64,000 nt of DNA from the human T2T-CHM13v2.0 reference genome, Homo sapiens (GCF_009914755.1 NC_060944.1); one strand, 5' to 3'. Shown: positions 16,761 to 32,338, counted from the stretch's first letter. The notes: generated by a model not told the origin, from the letters alone. Numbers and translations are program-made.

Positions 16761-17392
16761 AAAACTATTTTAAAGTGTACAATTCAGTGGCATTTAGCAC
16801 ATCTGTGATGTTGTGCAGCCGTCACCATGATCTAGTTCCAGAACATTCTCATCCCCACAACAGGAAACCCTGTACACATTAAGCAGTTACTCCCATTATC
16901 CCCTACTCCCAGGCCCTGGCAACTACTAACCTGCTTTCTCTCCCTGTGAAATTGCCTATTTGTATATTTAATATAAATGGAATCATACAATATATGACCT
17001 TTTATGCCTCGCTTTCATTTAGCATAATGTTTTTAGGCTTGGTTCATCTATGTTGTAGCATATATCAGAATTTCATCCCTTGTTATGGTTGAGTAATATT
17101 CTATTGTATGGATATGCCACATTTTATTTATCCATTAGTTGGTGCACAGTTGGGTTGTTTCTACCTCTTCGCGACAGCCAGTTGGGCTGCTGAAAGCATT
17201 CACATACCAGTTTTGGGTTGAACACCTGTTTTCAGTTCTGTTGGGTATATACCTAAGAGTGCCATTGCTGGGTCACATGGTAATTCTACGTTTAGCTTAC
17301 CGAGGAACCACCAAATGGTTTTCCAGAGTGGGTGCACCATTTTCCATTTCCACCTACAATGTATGAGCCTTCCAGTTTCTCCACATCCTCAC

Positions 17393-17803
17393 TGTATTAG
17401 TCAGGGTTCTCCAGAAAAACATACATAGAGAAAGGGAAAAAATTATTTTAAGGGAATTGGCTCACACAATTGTGGAGGTTTGGCAAATCCCAAATCTGCT
17501 GGGGTAGTCTGGCAGCTGGAGACCTAGGGAAGAGTTGCAGTTCAAAGGCAATCTGCTGGCAAAATTCCTTCTTGCTTAGGGGGAGGTCAATCTTTGTTCT
17601 ATTAAAGCCTTCAGCTAATTGGCCGAGGCCCACTCAGGTTAGGGAGGGTAATTTGCTTTACTCTAGATCCAACAAGTTAAATGTTAATTTCATCCCAAAA
17701 ACATCTTCACAGAAACATCCAGAATAACATTTGACCAAATATCTGGGCTCCATGGCCCAGCCAAGTTGACATGTAAAATTAAAAAAATAAAATAAAATAA
17801 CCA
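17393..17803 (-). mobile_element. MLT2B-type solo LTR (ERVL)
   Basis: TGTATTAGTCAGGGTTCTCCAGA...GGCCCAGCCAAGTTGACATGTAAAATTAA matches antisense MLT2. Confidence 0.8.
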
Positions 17804-17848
17804 CTACTCTTGCCAAAACTTGTTATTTTTCATTTAAAAAATTATAGC

Positions 17849-18302
17849 TGTATTACTGCCCGAGGGCTCCATAAAAAAATATCACCGACTGGGTAGTTTA
17901 AAACAACAAGTATATTGTCTCACAGTTCTGGAAACTAGAAATCCAGAATCAAGGTGTTTTCAGGGTCACGCTTCCCCTGAAGCCTCCAGAAGAGGATTTT
18001 TTTTTTGCCTTTTTCAGTTCCTGGTAGCTCCAAGCGTTTCTTGGCTTGTGGCAACGTAACTATAACCTCTGCCTCTATCTTCCTAAATGGCCATCTTCCC
18101 TGTGTTTCTGTGTCCAAATTTCCTTCTTTTAAGGACACCAGTCATATTGGATTAAGGCCTACCTTAATAACCTCATCTTGATTAAATCTGCAATGACCCT
18201 ATTTCCAAATAATGTCACATTTACAGATGCTGGGGGTTAGGACTCCAATATATATTTTTTGCAGGGGGGCTGGCGGCGGGAAACACAATTGAAGCTGTAA
18301 CA
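17849..18302 (-). mobile_element. MLT1C-type solo LTR (MaLR)
   Basis: CTCACAGTTCTGGAAACTAGAAATCCAGAATCAAGGTG...AAGGACACCAGTCATATTGGATTA...GGGGTTAGGACT matches antisense MLT1. Confidence 0.8.
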
Positions 18303-18786
18303 ATAGCCATCCTAATAGGCATGAAGTGGTGTGAGGTGGTTTTGATTTGCATTTTTCTAATGACATTGAGCATCTTGTCATGTTGGCCATAACAACATGG
18401 CCAAATGGCTTGTTGGCCATTTGTATATCTTCTTTGGAGAAATGTCTATTCAAGTCCTCTGCCCATTTTTGAATTGAGTTATCTTTTCTGTTGTTGAGTT
18501 GTAAACATTCATTAAATATTCTGGATACTAGACCCTTAATCAGATACATGATTTTCAAATATTTTCTCCCACCCTGTGTGTTGTCTTTTTACTCTCTTGA
18601 TAGTGTCCTTTGATACACATAAGGTTTTAATTTTGATGAATTCCAATTTATTTTTTCTTTTGCCTGTTCTGGGGTCATATCTAAGTAAACACTGCCAAAT
18701 CCAAGACCATGAAGATTTAGTCCTAGGATTTTATACTTTTAGCTCTTACATTTAGATCTTTGATCCATTATGAGTTAATTTGTATA

Positions 18787-19028
18787 ATCCCACTACTCAT
18801 CAGCATGGGAGTTTTGACCTGCTCCATTTCTGACCTGGGCTGGTTTACCCCTCCTTAGGCAACCTGATGGTCCCCCACTCCCAAGAGTTTGCCGTATTGA
18901 TGCCAAACTTATTGCAGGCACCCAAACAGCATAGTGCACTACAGCCCAGAACTCCTGGGCTCAAGTGATCCTCCCACCTCAGCCTCCAGAGTAGCTGGGA
19001 CTACAAGTGTGCACCACCATGTCCAGCC
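18787..19028 (-). pseudogene. 7SL (SRP RNA) pseudogene, 3'-truncated (~nt 1-241)
   Basis: Reverse complement has the Alu domain plus the 7SL-specific S domain (GAGTTCTGGGCTGTAGTGCACTATGC...CAGGTTGCCTAAGGAGGGGTAAACCAGCCCAGGTCAGAAATGGAGCAGGTCAAAACTCCCATGCTGATGAGTAGTGGGAT); mostly CpG decay; no A-tail. Confidence 0.93.
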
Positions 19029-19405
19029 AAACACAATTTTCTTAAAAGTCTCTACCAATCTTTAACAAAATCATCATCTACTAGTTAAATGATATTTTGA
19101 GGTACAAATCAATAATGAAAACAACTAAGTTAGAGACTTTCATTCCTACCGATGAAGGATTAAATGCTATGGGAATTGCCCTCTACCATAAACAACTATA
19201 AAAGCAGACAAAATATATAAAACAAGTGTTTCAGGCATTGGACAATAGGAAACACAGAATTGTAAGTCCCTGAGAGAAGGAAAACAAACAGAGAGAAGGC
19301 TATGATTGCCTACCTTACTTATTCAGGGCACTTCCAGTGTGCAGCACAAAGATAGGGAACCAGAGATCCACCGTATCCCTGAATTGAGGAGATAGAAATC
19401 AGAGT

Positions 19406-19620
19406 TCAGGAAGGCTGAGGTGGCTAGAACTTGCAGGGAAAAATAACAGGAAGTATCTGAACAGAAACAGAGCTCAGGAGCTCTGCAGACAGTCCCCTGA
19501 CCCTTAAGTGAGTCAGGAAGACTGAGGTGGCTGGAACTTGCAGGAAAAAATAATAGGAAGTATCTGAACAGAGACAGAGCTCAGGAGCTCTGCAGAGGGG
19601 CCTCTGGCCCTTAAGTGAGT
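19406..19620 (+). repeat. 107-bp tandem duplication in the L1 5' region
   Basis: TCAGGAAG(G/A)CTGAGGTGGCT...CCCTTAAGTGAG repeated at 19406 and 19513. Confidence 0.9.
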
Positions 19621-21337
19621 TCCAATCAGTACATGTGTGGGATGAAATACCATGAGATCAAACAGAAAGAACAAACAGAAAGCAATAGACCCCAGAGCTC
19701 AAAAAAGTCTGGGAATAGTTGAGGTTTACACTAACTAGAGTGGGGAGAGACCTTGTAATACAGACAGCATTGGTAGAATCCTCAAAAAGATTATGCTTTT
19801 GTAGTAGGGCTAAATTATCCCTAGAGTAAAAGCTCCTCACAGCTTGCCATAAAAAAATAGCTTAATAGTAGACCTTAAATAGATCCACAGGTAACTTAAC
19901 TACATGGCAGAACAAAGCCTAACCCTGTTTAAAGAAATACAACAAACCTAGCGCTCAACAATGTAAAATTCACTGTGTTTATCATCCAACAAAAAGTCAC
20001 CAGGCATGCAGAAAAGTAGAAAATTATGGCCCAGAGCTAGGAGAAAAATAAATTAATAGATCCAGAATGACACAGATTATTGAATTAGCTGACAAAAGCC
20101 TTAAGATAGCTATTATCAATATTGCAAATACTCAAGGAGATAAAGGAAAACATGAACATAATGAGGAAAGACATGGGATATATATTACCTAAATCCAAAG
20201 CAAATTCTTAGAGATAAATAATATTTGAAATTAATCTGAATGGGATTAACTGCAGATTGGACATTGCAAAAGAAAAGATTACTATAACCTTAAAGACACA
20301 TAAATAGAAATTATTCAAAATAAAGCACAGAGAGAAAAGTCTGGACAAAGAGTAACTGGAGGAACCTGTGGGACAGTACCAAGAATCAAAAATACATACT
20401 AGAAAGAGAGGAAAGAGGGAAAGAGACAGAAAACACTTTTGAAGAAATGTCAAAGAAATTTGGTGAAAATTATAAAGCCATAGATCCAAGAAGCTCAGTA
20501 AACCTCAAAAAGAATAAACATGAGAAAACTACACACATTAAAACACATCATAGTTAAATTGCTGAACCAGTGGTAAGTGGGTAAAAAGAAGCATTATATA
20601 CAGAACAACGAAGGTAAGCATGACATCAGACCTCTTAGAAACTATGTAAGCCAGAAAAAATAGCATGACGTCTTTAAAGTGCTGAAAGAAGCAAAGCAAA
20701 ACAAAACACCATCAGTCTAGAATTCTATATTTAGCAAAAATTTCTTTCAAAAATGGAAGGGAAATAAAGACTATCACAGCAACAAAAACTGAAAGAATTC
20801 ATCACCACTACACTTGAACAATAAGAAATGTCTTTTCAGACAGAAGAAAAGTCATACCAGATGAAATCTGGATCTACACAAAGGAATAAAGAGCACTGAA
20901 AATGATAACTACACAGGAATATTTTTAAAAGACAATTGACTAAGCAAAAATAATAATACATTTGGGAAAAAAAGTGAAATGTATGACAACAACAACATAC
21001 AGGTCAGAAGGCGATAAATGGAATTATACTCTTGTGAAGTTCTTATAGTATTTGTGAAGTGTTATGTCACTTGAAAGTAGAATGTGTTAAGGTAACAAGT
21101 ACACTAAAAGTCTAAAACAACCACTAAAATAACAAAGCTAAGAGTTGTAACTAAGAAGTCAACAAAGGAGATACAATGAAATTGTAAAAATTATTCTGTT
21201 ATTCCAAAAGATGACAGAAAAAGGAAAATGAGCAGAGAACAGATTAGACAAATAGAAAATAAATAGCAAGATGATAGACTAAAATCTAATCATACCAGTA
21301 ATCACATTAAATATAAATGGTCTAAACATCTCAATAA

Positions 21338-21662
<325 letters not shown>

Positions 21663-22024
21663 AATAGATAGGATTTTTTAAAAAGGCAAGACCAAGTATA
21701 TGCTACCTACAAGAAACAAACTAAATATAAAGACACAAATAGTTTAAAAGTAAATGGATGAAGAGATATATCTACATTAGACAAAAGAAATCTAAATAAT
21801 ATCAGGCCAACTAGATTTCAGAGAAAAGAATACTATCAGGGATAGATGAGGTCATTTCACAATAATAAAGGGGTCAATTAAGAGGACATGATAATGTTAA
21901 ACATGCATTTAATAACAGAGTTTTAAAATATATAATGGAAAAACTGATGGAACTGCAAAGAAAATAGACAAATACAAAATTGTAGTGGATATGTCAATAC
22001 CCTTCCCAATAATTGATAGAATAA

Positions 22025-22401
22025 TGCTGTGGACTAAATGTTTGTGTCCTCCCTCCTCTCCAAAAATTATATGTTGAAACTCTAATCCTCAATATGGTGG
22101 TATATGGAGATGGGGTCTTTGGGAGAAAATTAGGTAATGAGGTTGTGAAGCCCTCATCATGGGATTACTGCCCTTATAAGAAGAAACAGAAGAGAATTTG
22201 CTCCCTCTCTCTCTGTCCTCATCCTGTGAGGACAGAAAGGTGGCTTGTCTACAAGCCATGAAGTGGGTTCTCACCATAACCCAGCCATGCTAACACTCTG
22301 TTCTCAGAATTCCAGCCTCCATAACTGTGAAAAATAAATGCTTACTATTTATGCCATCCTGTCTATGGTATTTGTTACAGCAGCCTGAGCAGACTAAGAC
22401 C
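22025..22401 (+). mobile_element. MLT1A-type solo LTR (MaLR)
   Basis: TGCTGTGGACTAAATGTTTGTGTCC...GTATTTGTTACAGCAGCCTGAGCAGACTAAGAC; AATAA on both flanks. Confidence 0.85.
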
Positions 22402-22687
22402 AATAAGTAGGCAGAAAGTCAGGATTATAGTAGACTCGTACAACACCATTAACCTTGACCTGATTGACATTTCTAGAATACTCTACCCAACAACAGCAAA
22501 ATACAAATTCTTCTCAAGTGTCCAAGTAAGATTTACCAATATAGGCCACATTCTTGGCCATAAAACAATAAATTCAAAAGTTCTCTAGCAAGCTGACTAA
22601 ATTTTTATTTTAAAAAAATTTTAAAGGATTCAAGTTGTAGAAAGAAAGTACATTCTCTGACCACAGTGAAATTAAAATTAAAATCAA

Positions 22688-23030
<343 letters not shown>

Positions 23031-23264
23031 CTATGTAACATGCTTCCAAACAAAATATGGATAAAAAATAAATCAAAAGGGAAATCAGAATGTATTTTGA
23101 ACTGAATGAAAATTAAAACACAACATACCAGAATTTGTGGAGACAACAAACTAGGAATAGAAGAGAATTGCTCCAACCTGATAAATAGCATCTATGGACT
23201 ACTCATAGCTAGCAACATACTTAATGACAAAAAACTACAAAATTTCCCCCTAAGATCAGGCACA

Positions 23265-23405
23265 GGCCAGGCACAGTGGCTGATACCTATAATCCCAGTG
23301 CTTTGGGGGCTGAGGAGGGAGGATTGCTTGAGGTCTAGAGTTTGAGACCAGCCTGGGCAGCATAAGTGAGACCCTGTCTCCTAAAAACTAAAATAAGAAA
23401 AAAAA
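23265..23405 (+). mobile_element. FLAM / Alu left monomer
   Basis: Single monomer with A-rich tail. Confidence 0.8.
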
Positions 23406-23417
23406 CAATCAGGAAAA

Positions 23418-23837
<420 letters not shown>

Positions 23838-24254
23838 TCAGACTGGAAAGGAAGATGTAAAACTATTGATATTTTATTGATATTTACAGGTGACATGATC
23901 TTGTATACAGCAAATCCTAAATAATCCACTAAAAAATTTCTAGAACTAATAAGCAAGTTCAGCAAGGTGGCAGGATAAAAGACCAATATACAAAAAAAAT
24001 TAATTATGTTTCTAAACACTAGCAATGAACAATCCAAAAACAAAGAGGAAAAAATAGAAAAAATAGAATTAAGAAAATGATTTCATTTTCAACAGCATCA
24101 TAAACAATAAATAATTATGAACAAATTCAACAATAGATGTGCAAAAGTCATACTTGAAAATAACAAATATTGTTGAAAGAAAAGAAGGCCTAAATAAAGA
24201 GAAAGATATCCCATGTTTGTGGATTGGAAAACAGTATTATTAAGATGCCAATAC

Positions 24255-24555
24255 AGCCAGGCGCAGTGGTTCATGCCTGTAATCCCAGCACTTTGGGAGG
24301 CTGAGGTGGGCAGATCACCTGAGGTCAGGGGTTCGAAACCAGCCTGGCCAACATGGCGAAACCTCATCTCTACTAAAAATACAAAAATTAGCTGGGCATG
24401 GTGGTGGGCACCTGTAATCCTAGCTACTTGGGAGCCTGAGGCAGGAGAATCGCTTGAACCTGAGAGGTGGAGGTTGCGGTGAGATGAGATCGTGTCATTG
24501 CACTCCAGCCTGGGTGACAGAGTGAGACTCCATCTCAAAAAAAAAAAAAAAAAAA
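24255..24555 (+). mobile_element. AluSx-like
   Basis: Full dimer; CCAATAC on both flanks. Confidence 0.9.
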
Positions 24556-26088
24556 TACCAATACTTCCCAAAATGATCTACCTATTCAATGCAATTCCTA
24601 TCCAGATTCCAGCAGGCCTTTTTTTTTTGTAAACATTGACAAGCTGATGTTAAAATTCATATGGAAATTGTCAATCTTGAGAAAGAAGAGCAAAGTTGGA
24701 GGACTCACACTGTGAGTCCCAATTTCAGAACTTACTACAGAGCTACAACAATCAAGATTGTGTAGTACTGTCATAAGGACAGACATAAATCAACTGAATG
24801 GAATTTAGTGTCTAGACACTAATCCTCACATTATGGCCAATTGATTTTCAACAGTGCCAGGACTCTTCAATGGGGAAAGAATAGCCTCTTCAACAAACAG
24901 TGCTGGAACGACTGAATATTCACATGTAAAAGAATGAAGTTTGACCTCTTCTTCACACCACATGTAAAAATCAATTCAGAATGGATCATAGACCTAGAAG
25001 TAAGAAGTACAACTATAAACCTCTTTGAAGAAAATATGAGTAAATCTTCATGACCTTGGTTTCGGCAAAGCCTTCTTAAATATAACACCAAAAGCACAAG
25101 CAACAAAAAAGTACATAAATTGGGCTTTCTCAGAATTAAAAACTAGAAATTCTTCATTTGGACCCTATAAAAAAGGAAAGACAGCCCCCGCCCCACCCAG
25201 AATATTTGCAAATCATGCTGCAAGTTTCCGAAGTGTAATGAACATTTGACTACCTGTGAAGTGATGAGCCAGTTATTGGGCTATAACTGTAAACTCCTCC
25301 CCCCTCCCCACCATTTATTAACCACAATAATCCTGTGACTTCACAATATCCCCTCTTTACAGATGAGGAAACAGAGGCTCAGAGATGTGACTCGCCCAAT
25401 AGAGTGTGATGCTGGTATAGATGGAACGGGGATTCAGCCCCAAGTCCCTCTTGTCTCCAGCTCTCTTTCCATCACCCTGTATTGCTTGTTGGAGAATGCC
25501 AGACATAGAAGATCTGCAGCCTTGTTTTACGCCAGGGGAAACTGAGGTCCAAGAAAGGAAATACTTCTCCAAGTTCCCGCTGCCGCCTCCTGCCTCCTGA
25601 TTTGTTGCTGTTTGTTACAGCAAACTACAGGGAACCTATACGATAAAATCTCACTCATCTGGGCTTATCTAATGCAAAGTTACATGAACAATCATCTATT
25701 TTAAAAGAAATAATTTGATTACTCTTTAATTTGTGAGGGAAGGAATGTTGGGCAGTAGAAAGGACATTCAAGTTTATAACCTGAAAGATGTGAATTTGAG
25801 AACTGACTTGTACTTTATTAATTCTGGAATCTAGGATATATGACTACGCTGTGCCCCAGTGTCCTCATCTCTCACATGAGAGGGTTGTGCTTTACCCACC
25901 TCTCCCAGTGTGGTGGGGGCTCAGGCAAGATGAGCAATGCCACTGGGCTTCAAAGACGATGGAGTCGGCACAAGTGTAGTAATTGTTTCATGTCAAAAGG
26001 ACGAGGGCTAAAGTTGCTGAGAAGTAGAGCTCTTTTTGCTTCTCTCTCTCTCTCTTTCTCTCTATAGAAATATTACTGTTTTAATTTA

Positions 26089-26398
<310 letters not shown>

Positions 26399-26475
26399 AT
26401 TAATTTAATGAGTCACTAAAGATTGCTGATCCATTGTGGGCAAACAGGTACTGCTTAAGTGTTTGAAAAGTTCTT

Positions 26476-26740
<265 letters not shown>

Positions 26741-26809
26741 TAAGTGGATTTGGCAGTCTGTGAGAGCCTGGCTTGTTTATGGTGATGTGCCTTTCCCATA
26801 GCTAGTGCC

Positions 26810-26975
26810 CAAGTCAGCAAACTTCCCTTGGCCTGTTCTTGTAAATAAAGTTTGACTAGAACACAACCCCACCTATTTGCTTATGTGTTGTTTGTGGCGG
26901 CTTTTGCCATACAATGGCAGAGTTGAGTGGTTGAGATGAAGGCTGTATGGTGGCCCACAACGTCTAAAATATTTT
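26810..26975 (+). mobile_element. MER58-like hAT-Charlie DNA transposon fragment
   Basis: TTGTAAATAAAGTTTGACTAGAACACA...ACAATGGCAGAGTTGAGTGGTTG...GGCCCACAA..CTAAAATATTT. Confidence 0.7.
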
Positions 26976-27205
26976 GAGCACATGACACCTGTTACCACCT
27001 CCAGGGGAAGCAGTCCCACTGCACAGAGGATAGCAAAGCGTACTAATGCCTGCCACTAGGAGCGGCAGTCCGAGAATCTCAACCTACTGCATGGTTTGCT
27101 GGTGCTGGGGTTGCCAAGAAAGCCACTTGCACAGGCCTTGGATGGCACAATGCTTTATTCACCTAGAGAAGAGACAGAGCAAGATCAGCCTCAACAGTCA
27201 GCATC

Positions 27206-28231
27206 CAAAAGCCAAAATTGACAAATGGGATCTAATTAAACTAAAGAGCTTCTGCACAGCAAAAGAAACTACCATCAGAGTAAACAGGCAACCTACAGAA
27301 TGGGAGAAAATTTTTGCCATCTACTCATCTGACAAAGGGCTAATATCCAGAATCTACAATGAACTCAAACAAATTTACAAGAAAAAAACAACCCCATCAA
27401 AAAGTGGGCGAAGGATATGAACAGACACTTCTCAAAAGAAGACATTTGTGCAGCCAAAAGACACATGAAAAAATGCTCATCATCACTGGCCATCAGAGAA
27501 ATGCAAATCAAAACCACAATGAGATACCATCTCACACCAGTTAGAATGGCAATCTTTAAAAAGTCAGGAAACAACAGGTGCTGGAGAGGATGTGGAGAAA
27601 TAGGAACACTTTTACTCTGTTGGTGGGACTGTAAACTAGTTCAACCATTGTGGAAGTCAGTGTGGTGATTCCTCAGGGATCTAGAACTAGAAATACCATT
27701 TGACCCTGCCATCCCATTACTGGGTATATACCCAAAGGATTATAAATCATGCTGCTATAAAGACACATGCACACATATGTTTACTGTGGCACTATTCACA
27801 ATAGCAAAGACTTGGAACCAACCCAAATGTCCAACAATGATAGACTGGATTAAGAAAATGTGGCACATATACACCATGGAATACTATGCAGCCATAAAAA
27901 ATGATGAGTTCATGTCCTTTGTGGGGACATGGATGAAGCTGGAAACCATCATTCTCAGCAAACTATCACAAGGACAATAAACCAAACACCACATGTTCTC
28001 ACTCATAGGTGGGAACTGAACAATGAGAACACATGGACACAGGAAGGGGAACATCACACACCAGGGCCTGTTGTGGGGTTGGGGGAGGGGGGAGGGATAG
28101 CATTCGGAGATATACCTAATGTTAAATGATGAGTTAATGGGTGCAGCACACCAACATGGCACGTGTATACATATGTAACAAACCTGCACATTGTGCACAT
28201 GGACCCTAAAACTTAAAATATAAAAAAAAAA
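27206..28231 (+). mobile_element. 5'-truncated L1PA (approx. L1PA3-5), ~1 kb: ORF2 C-terminus, 3'UTR and A-tail
   Basis: [21 protein letters not shown]..., [16 protein letters not shown]; G-rich 3'UTR tract; ACCCTAAAACTTAAAATATAAAAAA; AGCATC at 27200-27205 and 28233-28238. Confidence 0.95.
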
Positions 28232-28424
28232 TAGCATCAGTCCCCCATGGCCAGCGGGTCTCACTTGGGAACCAGTGCTCACTATTGCACTCTTGCAGCC
28301 CCTCTTTTGTGCTGCAGGTGAGGGACTCTGTTCCTGTTCCCTCTCTGCCAGGAACACATACAGCAGTGGGCTGGCCAGGTGTCATATGACACCCGTGTCT
28401 AAGCAGACTAAAGAAGTACACATC

Positions 28425-28740
<316 letters not shown>

Positions 28741-29469
28741 TCAAGGCCAGAACAGGAAAAGACATTTCCAAGAGAGGTGATATACCCAGCACAGGCTTTG
28801 AGGGTTCTTTACTTTCCTGTATGGAAATATTCCAGGCCAGAGGCAGGCTCTTATGCAACCACACAAGGGCCGGCAGCCTGTGTCTGCCTTTCCCAACATC
28901 TTTACTATCTGTCCCCTTACAAGAAAGAGTTTGCCGATCTCCAGATTAATGTGATATGCACTTCAGCCCGCAGAGATCATGATGGCTTCTGAGTTATTGG
29001 GTTCTGAATTAATGAGGTTTCTGTGTATTTCCTAACATGTGCTATTTCAAACTCTCAGATACTTAGATTGGGCAGTTCTCCTCTCCTTGGCCCAGGGGCC
29101 CACTGTGTCATTGTGGCCTGTCAGATCTGCATCCGGGCTCAAAGCCAGGTTACATGCATTCTGCTTCCCTGGATAGGATCTCTGTGACATTGCTACCCTG
29201 GAGGATTTGTTTCTACTTCAATTAAATCAGATTAGTCCACTCACATGCTCTTGTCTTGGGCAAAGAGCCCTGAATTTGGAACCCAGTTGAAGTCCCAACT
29301 CCATCACTGCAGAACTGGGTGACTTGGGACAAATCACTGCTTGGCATGGGGCTGACGTATCAAGAAGGCCTAAGTATTTCCGCATCTCCCTGGAAGCCTT
29401 CTCCCCATGTTTAACATGAACAGCTGCAATGAGAGACAGCACTGGGATGCTTACAGGCAGCAGCTCCAG

Positions 29470-29625
29470 ACCCCCATGATCTGAGTTTAAGTCTGGATCT
29501 CATTACCTAACCTGCTCTTTGGCCAAGTGACTTCACTTCCCTGTGTCTTGGTTTCATCATCTGTACACTGGGAAGGATAATAATAGGCTCTATCTCATAA
29601 GGTTATGGGGACTTCATGAATTGCT
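29470..29625 (+). mobile_element. MIR
   Basis: CAAGTGACTTCACTTCCCTGTGTCTTGGTTTCATCATCTGTA...CTATCTCATAAGGTT, MIR core. Confidence 0.65.
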
Positions 29626-30929
29626 ATTGCTCAAGTAACAAGCTATATATCTGCCAAATCAATACAAGTTGTTTGCTGATACAGAACAATCTGTGTAAAC
29701 TCAGAGAGTGACAGCCTGAGATGGGGCACAGCTGGACCCAATCAGGAGGTCCTGGAGTATGAACTGTGTCCGCTTAAGGTCACAGCTGTTGTAAGAAGAT
29801 CCTGGAGAAGGACCCTGGCCAATTGCAGGAGGGTGGCCAGGCCTCAAAATCAAGTTCTCCCAGGAAGGAATGGATGATGGGGAACAGTTTAACCTGTAAG
29901 TGAAGAAAAAGCAAGGACAGTGGGACTCAATGGCTCTGGATGAAGATGGAGCATAAAAATGGTTCTTGCCTTGAGGTTAAAACTGGGGCAAGAGACGGAT
30001 GTTCCAGTGGGGAGGGCTTCTGCCCCATGACCAGGAAGACATGTTGGCCCCACCGAGGCTGGCTGACCCTTCTCGGCTGGGGTGCTGTAAGGAGCTTCTT
30101 GGTTAAGGTGCAGAATGGGATGAGATGAAGCATGTAAGGCCCCTCCCAGATCCAATGGTCCAGACTAATATTTCTGTTGGCTTTGAGATTGGACTGCTGA
30201 TAAGTGTGGTAGGAACAAAGCCATTGCTATTTTAACATTCCAAACTTTGAAGCTTGCCAAGAACTTTATAAAGAGTGTCTGCTCAAATTTCCCAGGCCGC
30301 CTCCTGATGAAGTGCTCAGTGGCCTGACATTGCTATGAGACCCTCCCCGCTTCCTCCCATGGATTATGACACAGGGATGGTGATGACAGCTCCTGGCAAG
30401 GTCAGGAGTCAGCTCAGCCTGGCCTGAGTCATGGGAAAGTAATTTATATGAGAGCTGTCATTGCTTAAGAACCCAAAGTAGGTAGGACCTCCAAACTCTC
30501 TTGATATTTGCCATAGTTGCCTTTGAAACCTCAAAAAGGCCATCCAGACCTGGCCCCTAGTTTACCCGGAATGCAGTGGTGTCTGGACTTTATTTGAATG
30601 GCCTGCAAGTCTGTAAAGTCATTCCTAGTGGTAGATTTCTTATCTCCTCAGCCAAAACAAGCACAGAGAGTTCTGGTTATGAGGCAATAAAGTTTATTAG
30701 GCTCTGGGATTACATTATAGCATGACCTGTTATACACGGTTTCAGAGATGCTGTGGTTCCAGTCAAGCTCCCCCCACCATCATCTACCCGGCCAACAATG
30801 GAACAGACTGGTAGTGAACTCCTGGTCCCTGGAGGCAGCAAAAGAAGCCACTTACCTGAGAAGTATGTTATAGAGGGTATTCTGCAAACTTAAGTAGAAG
30901 AGGGGCTGCAACCTTCAATGCCTACAAAG

Positions 30930-31140
30930 GCTGAGAAGGCAGTGAGGAGGAGGGAATTTGGCCCACTTGGACAGGAGAGACAGATGGTGTGCCTGCCTCT
31001 GCAGACGGCCACTGCTCAGGTCAACCAGGTGTTGGCATGCCGGATTGCATCGCCAGATTGTCCGATTTTTCTAAAAGGAAGCTGAAAACCTAGATTTGTA
31101 TGTAAGAATCTCTCGATTTTAAATGTTGGAAACTAATTTG
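30930..31140 (+). mobile_element. MER102-like hAT DNA transposon fragment
   Basis: GCCAGATTGTCCGATTTTTCTAAAAGGAAGCTGAAAACCTAGATTTGTATGTAAG..TCTCTCGATTTTAAATGTTGGAAACTAATT. Confidence 0.6.
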
Positions 31141-31566
31141 GATCTTGTTGGAACACCAGTTTGCCACTTTTGCAAGTAGAGTTACTCTCTGCTGAGTATC
31201 TAGGGCAGGAGTCTGCGCAGCTGACCGCGGTCTCAGTAAGAACCCCTTGTTATAAGAAGAATCTGTTAGCCTTGGGTCACAGTCTGTAGCTTTCTTCAAG
31301 TTCATCCTGGCCTGCCACCTGCAGCCTTGTGTGGAGCCATTGGCCTGAGGGTGAAGGGGCCTTGGTTCTGGTCCCAGCCCTGACACTGATGACCTGTGTG
31401 ACCTCAGGAAAGTCTCTGTCCCTCTCTGGCCTGTTACCCCTTCTGGAATTAGCCTAGTGTGTCTCTGGCCCCTGCCAGCTCAACCAGTTTAGGCCTCCAC
31501 CTGGGAGAAACCCACAGTGGAGAATTTTCCAAAGCAGAGCTGGTTCTTGATTTGGGGTAAATGATT

Positions 31567-31903
31567 GTTTTCTTTCTTTCCTTCTTTCTTTTCTTTTTTT
31601 TTTTTTTAATTTAAGAGACAGGGTCTCACTCTGTTACCTAGGCTAGAGTGTAGTGTGTAGTGGTATGATCATAGGCCACTGTAACCACAAACTCCTGGGC
31701 TCAAGCAATCCTCTGGCCTTGGTCTCCTGAGTAGCTGGGAGTACAGGCAAGCACCACCATGCCCAGCTAATTTTCACATTTTTTGTAGAGATAGGGTCTT
31801 TGTATGTTGCCCAGACTGGTCTCAAACTCTTGCCCTCAAGCAATTCTCCTGCCTCGGCCTCTCAAAGTGTTGAGATTATAGGCTTGAGCCACGGCATCCG
31901 GCC
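31567..31903 (-). mobile_element. AluJ
   Basis: Antisense AluJ dimer with T-rich tail. Confidence 0.88.
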
Positions 31904-32338
31904 TATTTTCTAGACTGATTGTGCATCTTTAGGTATTTCCAAAACTGAGAAAATAATTTACCAGAAAGGAGGCCTCCCAGTGACTTCCAGCATTTGTGCC
32001 GATGGCTGATGGAGTGACCTGTTAGCATTTGTCAAATGCCAGTGGTGAAGGTTAGGTGGTGACAGAAGGTAGATGGGGCTTGTGACTGACGGAAAACAGC
32101 AGGTGAGGGGTCACCCCAGAGGCCTCTCATCTCTGTCCTTACTTACTGCAGCCTGGGTAGTCCTTCCTGTCTGTGGGCCTCAGTTTCCTCCTCTGAAAAT
32201 GAGAAAATCAGTTTGGCTGGATGGTTTCTGAGTCCCCTTTGAGCCCCGGAGTTCTGTGATTCCAACGAATTTATGTTTCAAAGTTGTAGTTTTATCAGCT
32301 GCACAAGGACTTAAATCTTTTTTTCAATTCAACAGATG

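Noticed and set aside
18787-19028. Functional 7SL gene or ordinary Alu
   Set aside because: It has the S domain so it is not an Alu, but it lacks the 3' ~60 nt and is CpG-decayed, so it is a pseudogene
26995-27070. Possible CTCF sites (also ~46412)
   Set aside because: Only partial matches to the core motif; not supportable without ChIP data
27046-27980. L1 ORF2 peptides as an active element
   Set aside because: Only ~1 kb of 3' end, with a frameshift and stop; not retrotransposition-competent
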